The notes under the pieces were generated by a model, which did no database searches, was not told where the DNA came from, and saw nothing but the letters and a program-made list of their open reading frames with translations. Positions 16,247-25,800 of a DNA stretch of 50,298 nt are shown in pieces (within the stretch, counting starts at the first letter, position 1; every line of letters starts with the position of its first letter). Source of the DNA: an uncultured bacterium (GTDB lineage Bacteria > Hinthialibacterota > Hinthialibacteria > OLB16); assembly GCA_964581845.1 (NCBI GenBank), contig CAZORO010000002.1:1-50298 (forward strand), read 5' to 3'. The translations under genes were made by a program, and so were the position numbers.

Positions 16247-18016
16247 TTATGAAAGCAGCACCCGCGGATCACCATCCGCAATGATCCTGCCAGCATCCAG
16301 AACAAGAATCCTCTCGAGCTTCATGAGTGCCGCTGAGTTGTGAGATGCCAGGAGCAAAGTGGCTTTATTCCTGAGTGAAAGTATCCCTGTAAGAATTTTA
16401 GATGCGGAGTCTGGATCGACAGACGCAAAAGGTTCATCCAGCAGCAGAACACGTGGGGATCTGATAAGGGCACGCGCGATGGTGAGACGTTGCTTCTGGC
16501 CTCCCGACAAGTCACCTTTTTCCGACATGGCGGTTTCGATTCCCCTTGGGAGCGCGTTAATAAAATCGAGGCAGTCGGCTGTTTTTAGCACATTGGTTTG
16601 GAGATTTGGCAGGGTATGTGAGATCCCATAATAGAGATTTGATAGAACGCTGCCAGCGAATAGGCGGGGGTTTTGGGGGACAAATCCCAGTTGACGGCGA
16701 TAGGAATCGAGGTTGATTTCGCGAAGGTCCACACCATCCACCAGGATCGATCCTGAGACAGGGTCAAAAAAACGCAGCAGAAGAGCCAGAAGGGTTGTCT
16801 TTCCGGTTCCTGAACGTCCGGCTATTCCGGTTTGGGTTCCTGGTTCAATTATGAATGATACATTTTCAAGAAGAGGTGTGTCTTCACGGTAGCGGAAACA
16901 GACATCTCGAAACTCTATCTTTCCGATTAAGGGGGAAACCTGGACAGGATGCTTCGGAATTGAAACGGCGGGCTTGATTTCAAGGACTTCAATGACACGC
17001 TCCGCCGCGACCATCTCACGGCGCATACCTTGAAAATAAAGCGTGACACTTGAGGCGGGAATCAGGATGTTTCTGACTAGAATTTCAAGCCCTGTCCATT
17101 GTCCCAAGGTGAGCACCCCGGTAATATGAAAATAACCCCATAACCCTGTCGCCAGAAAAGCAAATGCCGAGGCAAGACCCGCCGGGTGAATGTAGGCTTC
17201 GCTAATACCTCCAAACACGCACCATTTGAAAAAAGCGCGTTGATATCCACTCAGAACATTGATATATCGATTGCGTTCTCCACGTTCCTGGGTATGGGCC
17301 TGGATCAAGGGGACAGCGGATAGTGTTTCCTGTAGATGTGCGGTTACCTTCTGGCGTTCCTCACGAACCATTCGATCAGTTATCCGCCACTGGGTCACAA
17401 CGCGATGGGAAAACAGGAAATACGGTGGCAGGAAGCAAATGAGTACAAGGGTCGCGCGCCAATCCAATAGAGAAGTCAGGATAATGGCATTGAGGCTTTG
17501 CATGCAAGTCGATATGGCGGTTGGCAATGATACTCCCATCACCCGGCTGGTATCCTGGACATCAGTAAAAGCGCGGAAGACTCTTTCGCCCACAGGATGA
17601 GACTTGTGATAATTCATCGAGAACCGTAACAAGTGTCCGTAAAAGGCACTGCCTACACGGCGATGGATCTCTCGAGAGAGATTGAAACGGATATAAGATT
17701 CGAGAAGGTAATTCAACTCACGCAGCAACGATGTGAAAAGGACGAGTACACACAGTAACAGCAGAAGTGTGGTGCTCTTTCTTGGGAAAGCGTCATCGAA
17801 TATAAGGGTTGAATATATGGGCAGGAGAGAGTTGATCAGAGTTGCCGAGAGGGGAGTTACAAGAAGAACCAGGAGATATTGTGCCCACAGTGGCTTGCAG
17901 TAGGGGAAATAGTAGCGCAGAAGGCGTAGGAGGTGCAGGAGTCCCCCCGATGCAGGTTGAATCTGCTCTGTCTCAAGTGGGAGGACGTAAGGGGAAAGAC
18001 CAGGCTGGGTTGTCAT
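16247..18016 (-). CDS. ABC exporter half-transporter (TMD-NBD fusion) with consensus NBD motifs
   Basis: Six-helix N-terminal half. Walker A GRSGTGKT, Q-loop VPQNP, signature LSGGQKQR, Walker B VLLLDEP, H-loop ASH. The ATG at 18016 overlaps the upstream stop as ATGA. Confidence 0.9.
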   Translation of the reverse strand: MTTQPGLSPYVLPLETEQIQPASGGLLHLLRLLRYYFPYCKPLWAQYLLVLLVTPLSATLINSLLPIYSTLIFDDAFPRKSTTLLLLLCVLVLFTSLLRELNYLLESYIRFNLSREIHRRVGSAFYGHLLRFSMNYHKSHPVGERVFRAFTDVQDTSRVMGVSLPTAISTCMQSLNAIILTSLLDWRATLVLICFLPPYFLFSHRVVTQWRITDRMVREERQKVTAHLQETLSAVPLIQAHTQERGERNRYINVLSGYQRAFFKWCVFGGISEAYIHPAGLASAFAFLATGLWGYFHITGVLTLGQWTGLEILVRNILIPASSVTLYFQGMRREMVAAERVIEVLEIKPAVSIPKHPVQVSPLIGKIEFRDVCFRYREDTPLLENVSFIIEPGTQTGIAGRSGTGKTTLLALLLRFFDPVSGSILVDGVDLREINLDSYRRQLGFVPQNPRLFAGSVLSNLYYGISHTLPNLQTNVLKTADCLDFINALPRGIETAMSEKGDLSGGQKQRLTIARALIRSPRVLLLDEPFASVDPDSASKILTGILSLRNKATLLLASHNSAALMKLERILVLDAGRIIADGDPRVLLS

Positions 18017-19806
18017 ATCGAAGCCCCCTCTTGAAGGGCCCAATAGGAGGCATAGAGTCCTCCTCTTTCAACCAGGTCTTCATGTGTCCCCGACTCCACG
18101 ATTACCCCTTGACTGAGGACATGAATTCGATCGGCATCCTTGACCGAATGGAGATCATGGGAGATAAGAACCGAGGTTCTGTCTCGTGTTACCTCCACAA
18201 GTGACTCAAGCAGGATCCGCCGTGATGCGGGATCCAACAGCGAGGTGGGTTCATCAAGAAGAATCAGCCGGGGATCATGCGCCAGGCAGCGTGCAACAGT
18301 AATTTGTTGTCTTTGTCCCAATGCCAGCTCGGTATCTTTCCCGAGGGTTGCCTCTATTCCCTCCGGAATAGTACGGATGATCTCGTCCACGCGTGCTGCT
18401 TGTGTGGCGTTCTTGAGAACTGATGGGGAAGGTTGACTGAGCCCATAACAGATATTCTGCTGAATTGTGCGTGTAAAAAGGACCGGTTCCTGCAAGACTA
18501 ATCCAGTCTGGCGGCGGAAGGAGGGCAAGTCGACATTCCGAAGATCGACACCATCGATCAGGACTTCACCGTTGTCAGGATCATAGAACCTGAGGATCAG
18601 GTTCATGATAGTTGTTTTGCCGATACCAGAGGGACCCACAAATGCCACTTTCTCTCCGGGTTCGACAACAAACGAAACACCCCTGAGTACAGGTTTTTCT
18701 GGTGTGTATTGGAAGTAGACATCGCGGAACTCGATCTTCCCATGGAGGGGATGGAGCGTGATTGCATTTGGAGGACTTTCGACACACTCACGAAGGTCCA
18801 ACAATTGAAGAATTCTCTCCGCTGGGACCATTCTTAGACGCAGGGATTGGTAGTAGCTGATCAGGATGCCAAGGGGGATGATCGCCTGAACGATGAGAAG
18901 CTTGATGGCGGTCCATTCTCCGATAGACATGTCTCCCCTTAAAACAAGGATTCCGGAATAGACACTGACGATAAAATCCGCAACCACGGCTGGCATGCCA
19001 CTCGGCCAGACAAAAACCACAACAACCTCGTTCAGGAAGCCATAGATCATGTTGAGATAAGTGTATCCCGAAAGGACACGGAGGTATGAAATGCCCTCAC
19101 GCTTTCTTGCTCCATGGGAATAGATGACATCGACGCCGGAAAGAGACTCCTCAAGACGGGCGGTAAGACGTTGGCCATGCTCCCTTCGTTTGAGATCCAC
19201 ATTCCGGTAGATGTTGAAAATGACTTGGGCGATGACGAAGAACACTGGAGCGCAAAGTCCGGCCAGGAGCACAGGCCTCCAATTGATGAAACACATGGTT
19301 GTGACTGTGACAAGGAATTGGAAAAAATACTGAACCATCATCGGAAGGTGGAGACCAAACATTTCCGAAGTATCAATGAGGTCGCTATCGCAGCGGAAAA
19401 TCTTCTCGCCTACCGGTGTGCGATTGTGGTAACGCATGGAAAAATTAAGAATACGATGGTAAAGATGTTTCCCCAGCGAGCCGAGGAAACGGATTCGAAG
19501 GTGACTTGAAACCGTGCTCCGTATAAACACAACCAGGGTTCTTTCAGTCAGGAGTGCTCCAAGGCCAAGGAAGGAGAGTATGAAGAGCAAGACAACGTCT
19601 TTACGGGGAAATGCGGCATCCAGAAAAAGCTGAGAACAAAAGGGGGGCACAACAACCAAGACCGAACCTGCAAATGGGAGTAGGATGAAAAGAAGAAATA
19701 ATTGGGCTTTATATGGCCAGAGCAGGGGGAGGTAACGGTAAAGAACCTGAATAAACCTGTGGATGGTAAGGGGAGGGATGCCCACAGTCTGGTTTTCCTG
19801 GTTCAC
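18013..19806 (-). CDS. ABC exporter half-transporter (TMD-NBD fusion) with a degenerate signature motif
   Basis: Walker A GPSGIGKT, Walker B LILLDEP, H-loop ISH. The signature is LALGQRQQ instead of LSGGQ. The GTG start overlaps the stop of the upstream gene as GTGA. Confidence 0.9.
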   Translation of the reverse strand: MNQENQTVGIPPLTIHRFIQVLYRYLPLLWPYKAQLFLLFILLPFAGSVLVVVPPFCSQLFLDAAFPRKDVVLLFILSFLGLGALLTERTLVVFIRSTVSSHLRIRFLGSLGKHLYHRILNFSMRYHNRTPVGEKIFRCDSDLIDTSEMFGLHLPMMVQYFFQFLVTVTTMCFINWRPVLLAGLCAPVFFVIAQVIFNIYRNVDLKRREHGQRLTARLEESLSGVDVIYSHGARKREGISYLRVLSGYTYLNMIYGFLNEVVVVFVWPSGMPAVVADFIVSVYSGILVLRGDMSIGEWTAIKLLIVQAIIPLGILISYYQSLRLRMVPAERILQLLDLRECVESPPNAITLHPLHGKIEFRDVYFQYTPEKPVLRGVSFVVEPGEKVAFVGPSGIGKTTIMNLILRFYDPDNGEVLIDGVDLRNVDLPSFRRQTGLVLQEPVLFTRTIQQNICYGLSQPSPSVLKNATQAARVDEIIRTIPEGIEATLGKDTELALGQRQQITVARCLAHDPRLILLDEPTSLLDPASRRILLESLVEVTRDRTSVLISHDLHSVKDADRIHVLSQGVIVESGTHEDLVERGGLYASYWALQEGASI

Positions 19807-21299
19807 TTAGGGCCCTCCGCGGCGGAGGAGGTGTAAACCAGGTCATCGAGATAGACTACACAGTGCTTGCTGTTGGCCCATGGTAGATTGAACACACCGA
19901 ATCGATCCAGTATTGCTCCTTTAGCCTTGTCCCCTTCAGCCAGCGGACGGGTGACGGATTGGCCGTTTATTGAGAATGTGATGGCGCCGAGGTTCCCGGT
20001 ACCTGCGGGATCATATTGCAGCGTCCACTCATAGTGGGTTCCATCCGGAAGAAATGTAACAAATCCACCATCACGTTCCTTGTTTCCCTCCGAGGTGCCA
20101 TACAACGGCTGGATGATGCGTCCCGTGTCCGATAGACTGTCGAAATAAACGCCGATGAAGTTCTTTAATGGCCAACCACGTTCAGAAGAGTTGAACCACC
20201 CCAAAGCGAAGGTTGAGTCAACCGAGAAGACCGGCGCTGCGAACTTCCCACGCGCTGACAATTTGTCATCAAGTGTCAGTGGACACACCCGGTCTCCGTA
20301 ATAACCTTGAAACTTTGTTTCCCAAGGATCAACACTGAAAAAGCGTCCACCCAGCTCGCCCGGCTTTCCTCCAGCGAAAAATGTGGGACTGAATCCGAAA
20401 TCCTGAGCACCATATTCCTGTGTGTCTTCAACCAGGTCCCGGTTGCCCTTCCCTTCCCAGCCCGGATCCTTCGATAAGTCCTCGGCTTCTCCATTTATGA
20501 TGAGGTTCTCGAAATAGGCTTCCATTTCCTGGCCCGGGATCTGGTTGTTGAAGATCCCAAAGCGGTCGAAGGCCGCTCCCTGTTCACGGTGATGGCGCGG
20601 GATTGTGAAAAGGGTTGTGACCCCGTCGAGGGTGAACCTGATTTCGCCTGAGCCATCCGCGCCTTTGGGGTTATATTTAAATTCCCATGCATGTGGTGAA
20701 CCATCTGGCGCAATCCGGCGCATAGCATCCTGGTCCAGCTCCTTGACCACCCGTTCCTGGGCCTGGCCGCTGGTATTGACATGAGCGCCACCGGCGGTCC
20801 ATCTGCATGTGCCGTAGCCAACCTCGGCCGCAGGACGGTTCTCGATCTCTTTCGCGTCTGTGTCGGTATGGGTTTCCAGACGAAAACCGAGGAAGTTGAC
20901 CGGGCGCCAACCTTGCTTGGCATGGTTGAAGAACCCCACGAAAATACTACTGCCAGTCTGCCAGCCGAACTGGGTCTGGGCTTGTTTCACCACGACTTTG
21001 CCGGAGGCGCTCAGTGCGTCATCCATCGAAAAAGGTCCGATGACCTTGCCATAATACGCTGGAGTGATACTGCGCCAGACAACACCGCCGATCTCACCCG
21101 GTTGGCCTCCAGTATGGCTGGACATCTGGTATCCAAAATCCTGCTGCTTGGAGACTGGTTTGAGTACAATCCGGTTGCGGAACGAATCCCAGCCAGGATC
21201 GCGATCAAATGACTCACTTTTCATATTCCCCTGTGCCCAAGCCATTAGACCTGGTGAGAGGAGGATCAATAGCACGAGCCCTAAAGACCTTTTGGACAT
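19803..21299 (-). CDS. Secreted protein built from two tandem copies of a roughly 230-aa domain, function unknown
   Basis: Signal peptide MSKRSLGLVLLILLSPGLMAWA. The two halves align, for example FDRDPGWDSF..GGQPGEIGG..MDDALSASGK..GFFN..GWRPVNFLGF..PDGSPHAWEF..GEIRFTLDG..AAFDRFGIFN against LSKDPGWEGK..GGKPGELGG..LDDKLSARGK..GWFN..GWPLKNFIGV..PDGTHYEWTL..GAITFSING..AILDRFGVFN. I moved the start from 21347 to the ATG at 21299. Confidence 0.8.
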   Translation of the reverse strand: MSKRSLGLVLLILLSPGLMAWAQGNMKSESFDRDPGWDSFRNRIVLKPVSKQQDFGYQMSSHTGGQPGEIGGVVWRSITPAYYGKVIGPFSMDDALSASGKVVVKQAQTQFGWQTGSSIFVGFFNHAKQGWRPVNFLGFRLETHTDTDAKEIENRPAAEVGYGTCRWTAGGAHVNTSGQAQERVVKELDQDAMRRIAPDGSPHAWEFKYNPKGADGSGEIRFTLDGVTTLFTIPRHHREQGAAFDRFGIFNNQIPGQEMEAYFENLIINGEAEDLSKDPGWEGKGNRDLVEDTQEYGAQDFGFSPTFFAGGKPGELGGRFFSVDPWETKFQGYYGDRVCPLTLDDKLSARGKFAAPVFSVDSTFALGWFNSSERGWPLKNFIGVYFDSLSDTGRIIQPLYGTSEGNKERDGGFVTFLPDGTHYEWTLQYDPAGTGNLGAITFSINGQSVTRPLAEGDKAKGAILDRFGVFNLPWANSKHCVVYLDDLVYTSSAAEGPK

Positions 21300-21310
21300 T
21301 TGCCAATCCG

Positions 21311-22408
21311 CTACTTCTGTATGGGAATAAAGCCGCTCAGATCCCACAATTTGATGGTTGGGTCTCCCCCCCCGCCACCATTGGCAAGGATCTTTCCATC
21401 AGGAGAGAATCCCAGTGATTCGATGCGCCCCGCATTGCCGGTTAGAACTGCCTTGGGTTCCCATGTCTCCACATCCCAGAGGGTGATGGTTTTATCTTTA
21501 TTACCGCTGGCCAGAACTTTCCCATCGGGCCGGAAGGCCAGGGAGTCACCCTCAAGCGTATGACCAGTCAGAGTCTTCAACAATCGGCCACTGGCGGTAT
21601 CCCACACGATGATAGGACCAAATGAACTATTGCCCGCTACGATCGATCCGTCAGGGGAGATGGTGACTGCTTCATATTGGCCCTCAGTACTTTCCAAGGA
21701 CTTCAAACACTCCCCAGTTTTGGCATCCCAGATGAGGATTTCCTTTCCGGATCCACCACTGACCAGAAACCTGCCATCAGTAGAAAACTCAACTGTTTTC
21801 ACCATTCCTGAATGTCCTTCCAGTGTTTGCCTCAGTCCTCCGCTGGCAACATCCCACAGTCTGACCTTGCTGTCCGCGCTACCGCTGGCGAGTGTCCTGC
21901 CATCGGGGGAAAACGCCACATTCCTCAACAATGAGCCAGTGGCGAGTGTCTGTTTCAACTCATAGGATGGAACTTTCCAGAGGATAATCTTGTTGTCGGC
22001 GCCACAGGAAGCCAAAAGGCTGCCATCAGGAGAGAACGCCACGCAATAAACATCCTCGGTATGCTCCATGAGGACCTTATGCGGCTTCCCCGCCGCCACA
22101 TCCCAAATGATGATGCTGTCATCCCGGCTGGAGCTGACCAGGGTTTTGCCATCGGCGGAGAATGTCAGCCACATCACGGAACCGTTATGGCGTTCAAGTA
22201 CTTGATGGGTGGGCTGGGGTCCGAGAGGGTCAGTCAGTGAGCGTGTGACCGGTGCCTGGGCCACCGATGGAACGAACGGATGGATGAGAGCCCATAATAA
22301 GATTGATTTTAGGATCAATAACCACCCTTGGTGAAGATCATTGGGTGTCTTCGTGGAGTGTTGAGATCCTGGCGGTAACTGGTTCTCCGGTAAGGCCGGC
22401 ATCTTCAT
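21311..22408 (-). CDS. Exported WD40-repeat beta-propeller protein (about 7 blades)
   Basis: Hydrophobic N-terminal segment ending in VAQA. Repeated units such as FSADGKTLVSSSRDDSIIIWD, FSPDGSLLASCGADNKIILW, FSPDGRTLASGSADSKVRLWD, FRPDGKVLASGNKDKTITLWD and FSPDGKILANGGGGGDPTIKLWD. Confidence 0.85.
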   Translation of the reverse strand: MKMPALPENQLPPGSQHSTKTPNDLHQGWLLILKSILLWALIHPFVPSVAQAPVTRSLTDPLGPQPTHQVLERHNGSVMWLTFSADGKTLVSSSRDDSIIIWDVAAGKPHKVLMEHTEDVYCVAFSPDGSLLASCGADNKIILWKVPSYELKQTLATGSLLRNVAFSPDGRTLASGSADSKVRLWDVASGGLRQTLEGHSGMVKTVEFSTDGRFLVSGGSGKEILIWDAKTGECLKSLESTEGQYEAVTISPDGSIVAGNSSFGPIIVWDTASGRLLKTLTGHTLEGDSLAFRPDGKVLASGNKDKTITLWDVETWEPKAVLTGNAGRIESLGFSPDGKILANGGGGGDPTIKLWDLSGFIPIQK

Positions 22409-22672
22409 GGTTTATCTCCTTGAAACCCGATCCGAGGTCTTCTCTTCTCAGCCCTCGTTCCAACACACGATCAGGGATTTCCCACCATGGCATATGCTTA
22501 TGAGGTGGATTGATCATGTCAGTGCTCGAAGAGTACAGGTTCTTTTCCCTATAGTGGAGACCGTTGCATGGGAACGGGCCTTTTTTATGACGGGGGTCAC
22601 CACGGAGCTATCGGTTGGGGTGCGGATCTTTTGCGAATGGCTATTAATGGGTTGAATTTACAGGAATTAGAA

Positions 22673-22748
22673 TGGAGCGGGAAACGGGGTTCGAACCCGC
22701 GACCCTCAGCTTGGGAAGCTGATGCTCTACCAACTGAGCTACTCCCGC
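22673..22748 (-). tRNA. tRNA-Gly (anticodon CCC), CCA encoded
   Basis: The reverse complement reads GCGGGAGTAGCTCAGTTGGTAGAGCATCAGCTTCCCAAGCTGAGGGTCGCGGGTTCGAACCCCGTTTCCCGCTCCA. It forms a cloverleaf with a 7-bp acceptor stem, a GCTC/GAGC D-stem, the anticodon loop TTCCCAA and a GGTTCGAA T-loop. It closely resembles E. coli tRNA-Gly. Confidence 0.9.
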
Positions 22749-22809
22749 TCCGTATCAATAAGGATTATCTCTCCCCGTGGAGGAGTGTCAAGAGTTTTCT
22801 TGTCCCGCT

Positions 22810-25800
22810 TTACCGTTCGAGGTTCCAGCCCTCAAGCCGTAAGCCCTTGGTTTCATTGACTCTCACTGTTTTCACCTCGCCCGGATTCAACCAGAAGAAA
22901 TTCTCGTCCGCCAGGAAAGTGTCCTCATGTCCCGGACATTGGATGTTCACCCCCACGGCGGGTAGGCTCCCCCGGTTCCTAATGGTCACTGTCTCTCCCT
23001 TTACCGTCATCAAAAGTTGTGTCTTGGGGAGGTCCATTAAGCAATCCTTCCTGGCCTCGTAATTGACCCAGTAGAAGGTTCGATCCTCCAACTTGCCATC
23101 TACCACAACCTCTACGGTGATGAGCAAGGGGGTTGTGTTGGTCTGTCCGCTGGTCAAGTGGAAACCGCCCAGATGCTTGACCCGGTCAATCTGATCCTTA
23201 CCTTTGAAGGAGGTGGTTTGAATCTCAAAGAGCTCCGAGTTGAAAGCCGAGACATTGACCTGCCAGTTATGGTCTTTAAGAGCATCTGTGTCATCCAATA
23301 AGAACACAGGCAGCGTGATCTCCTTTGAGACTGAATTCACTGTATCGAACAGGATACAGCCATGGAGAGGTGAGAAGGCGTTCTCATAGAAGTAGTGGCT
23401 CATCTTGGGGGCACCATACCAATCCGAGCATGCCCAAGAGGCGGCGGGGTAGTTGTCGTTGAGCTTGTAGTAGAGTGATCCGCTGCACTCGGGCCAACGG
23501 GTGCGTGCGCGTTCGAGGGTGTGGCGGACTGCGGTGGTTTGTGCTAGTTGAGAGCCGAGAATGAAATCCTCCATATTGTCAGGATTCATGAAATAGCCGG
23601 AATACTGGTAGAGGCGTGCCATGTCCTCCATCTTGTTGAACACCGGGGTGTGATGGGCGAAGGCGCTTTCATCGGTGGGAGGCCAGGCGGTTTTCTCTTC
23701 CTCGGGAAGGTAACGTAGTACGGACTCGAGGACTGGAAGACAAGCAATGCCGAACTCGCCGAAGAATCCAGCGGTCATAGTCAGGTTGTAGTCAAGATGG
23801 GCTTTTCCCCACCAGCAGCTGTAGTTGTGGATGCTTCCGCCGGCCCCCTCGCCGCGATGGAAGGGGCGAGTCCCATCCAGCTCGATACTCATTTTTCCCA
23901 TCATGTCGATAACCGGATGGAAGATGTCATCGGATTCATTGCCCGCGCCATACATGACCAGCGCGGGATTGTTTCGCAGCCGCAAGGTGTTCAAACGGAT
24001 GGTCTCCTTGAGCATGGGGGTGGGTTGCCAACGGTGACTGTTCCAGGCAGTCGGCCATTCCTGTATCACCATGATGCCCTTCCGGTTGCAGAGGTCGTAG
24101 AATTCATCGGTCTCCGGCATTCCGGCCCCCCAGGCGCGGATGATCTGAACATGTTGCTTTTCAGCGATGGTCAGAAAGCGGTCATACCGTTCCCTGGAAA
24201 AATTCATGAGCGGATCCATGGTGCACCATCCGGTACCCTTCACAAACATGGGGCGTTCATTGACGGTAAAGGTCCAGTTATATAAATTCTTCCTGGGACC
24301 ATCTGGCCAGGGAGTCATTCTGATGGTCCGGAGTCCAAAGGTAGTCTCCTTGTAGTCAGCGGTCCCTTGATTATGGGGAACAAAGGAGAGTTTCAGTTTG
24401 TAGAGGTTTTGCTCACCCAGATCATTAGGCCACCAGATCTTGGGGTCAGGGACCTTAAACTGTAAACGAGCTGTTGCCGTTGCGGATGAGGATTCAATGG
24501 GAATCTTGAAGTGACAGGATTTTCCAGAGAAATTCTCCGGCTGGATTATACCGGACAAGGTGCCGGAGAACGAATTCTTGTTGGCTTGGAGCAGGGTGGA
24601 GAAGTCGAGAAGGCCTTCATGCGCATTTTGTGTGGCGATAAAAGGATCAATGATGCGGACTGTTGGCGAGGTCTCGATCCTGACTGGACGCCAGATGCCG
24701 ATTGCGGGGATATTGCTGTAATGCCAGCCATAGACATTGTTGAAAACCACGGTACGCATCCAGCCGACATTCATACCCCGGAAGAAGTCGTTGGGGAGTC
24801 CCGCCCCTTCCTCGTAGGGCGCGGGAAAGATCTTCACAATAAGGGTATTCTCATCTTGAAGCGAATCCGTGATATCGAATTCCGGTCCTCCGAACATGCC
24901 CTCATGACTTCCCAGTTCCTTGCCATTAAGCCAGACTGTGGTCTTGACAGCGGCACCTCCAAACACCAGGCGGACAGGGGGGTTCCCCCTGGGACACGAG
25001 AAGGTTTTTTTGAACCACCAGGTTTTGAAGCTGTTTTCACGCGCAACGGTGTCATTTAATCCAAATGAAGGCTCAGGAATTTTTCCCGCCTCCACGAGGG
25101 CGGTGTGAACACTTCCAGGGACTCTGGCTGGGATAGTATCAGTCCATTGGGCCGTCAACCGTGCATTCTGATCGCCTTCTTCGGCCATTTCCCAAATTCC
25201 ATCCAGGGAAAGGATCTTCGGGCCTTGTGGCTGGTGAATAGTGCCAGGATTTAATTCAATGACTTGGGGAGTTGCATCCATCGGCGCGGGACTGGCTTTA
25301 AAAGCCTTTCGATCAGCATCATCCATTGACGTTCGAGTGACGGCGTGAGGGGTAAGTACATGACCCTTCGGGGAAGCATCAGGAAAAACACCATGATCCA
25401 GCCTGTCGAGATGCCAGAGAGCGATGGTCTGTGCATCATTTTCAAAAGGAGCGTTGGGGATGGATTCGATGGGCCGGATTCCTTTCGAAATCCGGATTTC
25501 ATCGATGAGACCATTGCAGGAAAATTCATACCCGGTTTGTTCAACCGTGCCGATGCGGAGTGAACCTGGTTTTGACTCCATGGTGTTCCGGGTAACCGCC
25601 TGGTTGGCCACCTCCTTGGCATCGACATATAAACGGACTGAGAATCCATCGAAGGCCATTGCGGCATAATGCCATTTTCCATCGGTGATATCGATGTTGG
25701 AGCGGACATCGGAGGGTGTGTATCCTGGAAGGTAAGCCGAGAAGAAACCCGTACCGCTATAGGTGTAGAGCTCCCAATGAGTTCCGGATTCCTTTGATTC

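Noticed and set aside
15070-19806. Idea that the ABC-ABC-HlyD trio is a RiPP/bacteriocin (NHLM-type) exporter
   Set aside because: Neither ABC protein has an N-terminal C39 peptidase or another extra domain. No short precursor ORF or modification enzyme lies nearby. The only NHLP-like small ORF is 30 kb away in a different transcriptional context.
15070-22748. Idea that the WD40/ABC operon is a genomic island integrated at tRNA-Gly
   Set aside because: It lies next to the tRNA 3' end. However, I found no integrase or recombinase, no direct repeat of the tRNA 3' segment near 15060, and no obvious compositional break. The island idea is therefore unsupported.
22568-23062. 164-aa plus-strand ORF spanning the tRNA region
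   Set aside because: It runs antisense across the tRNA-Gly gene and into the 3' end of the GH2 gene. It has no ribosome-binding site and a low-complexity product. The tRNA cloverleaf explains the sequence.
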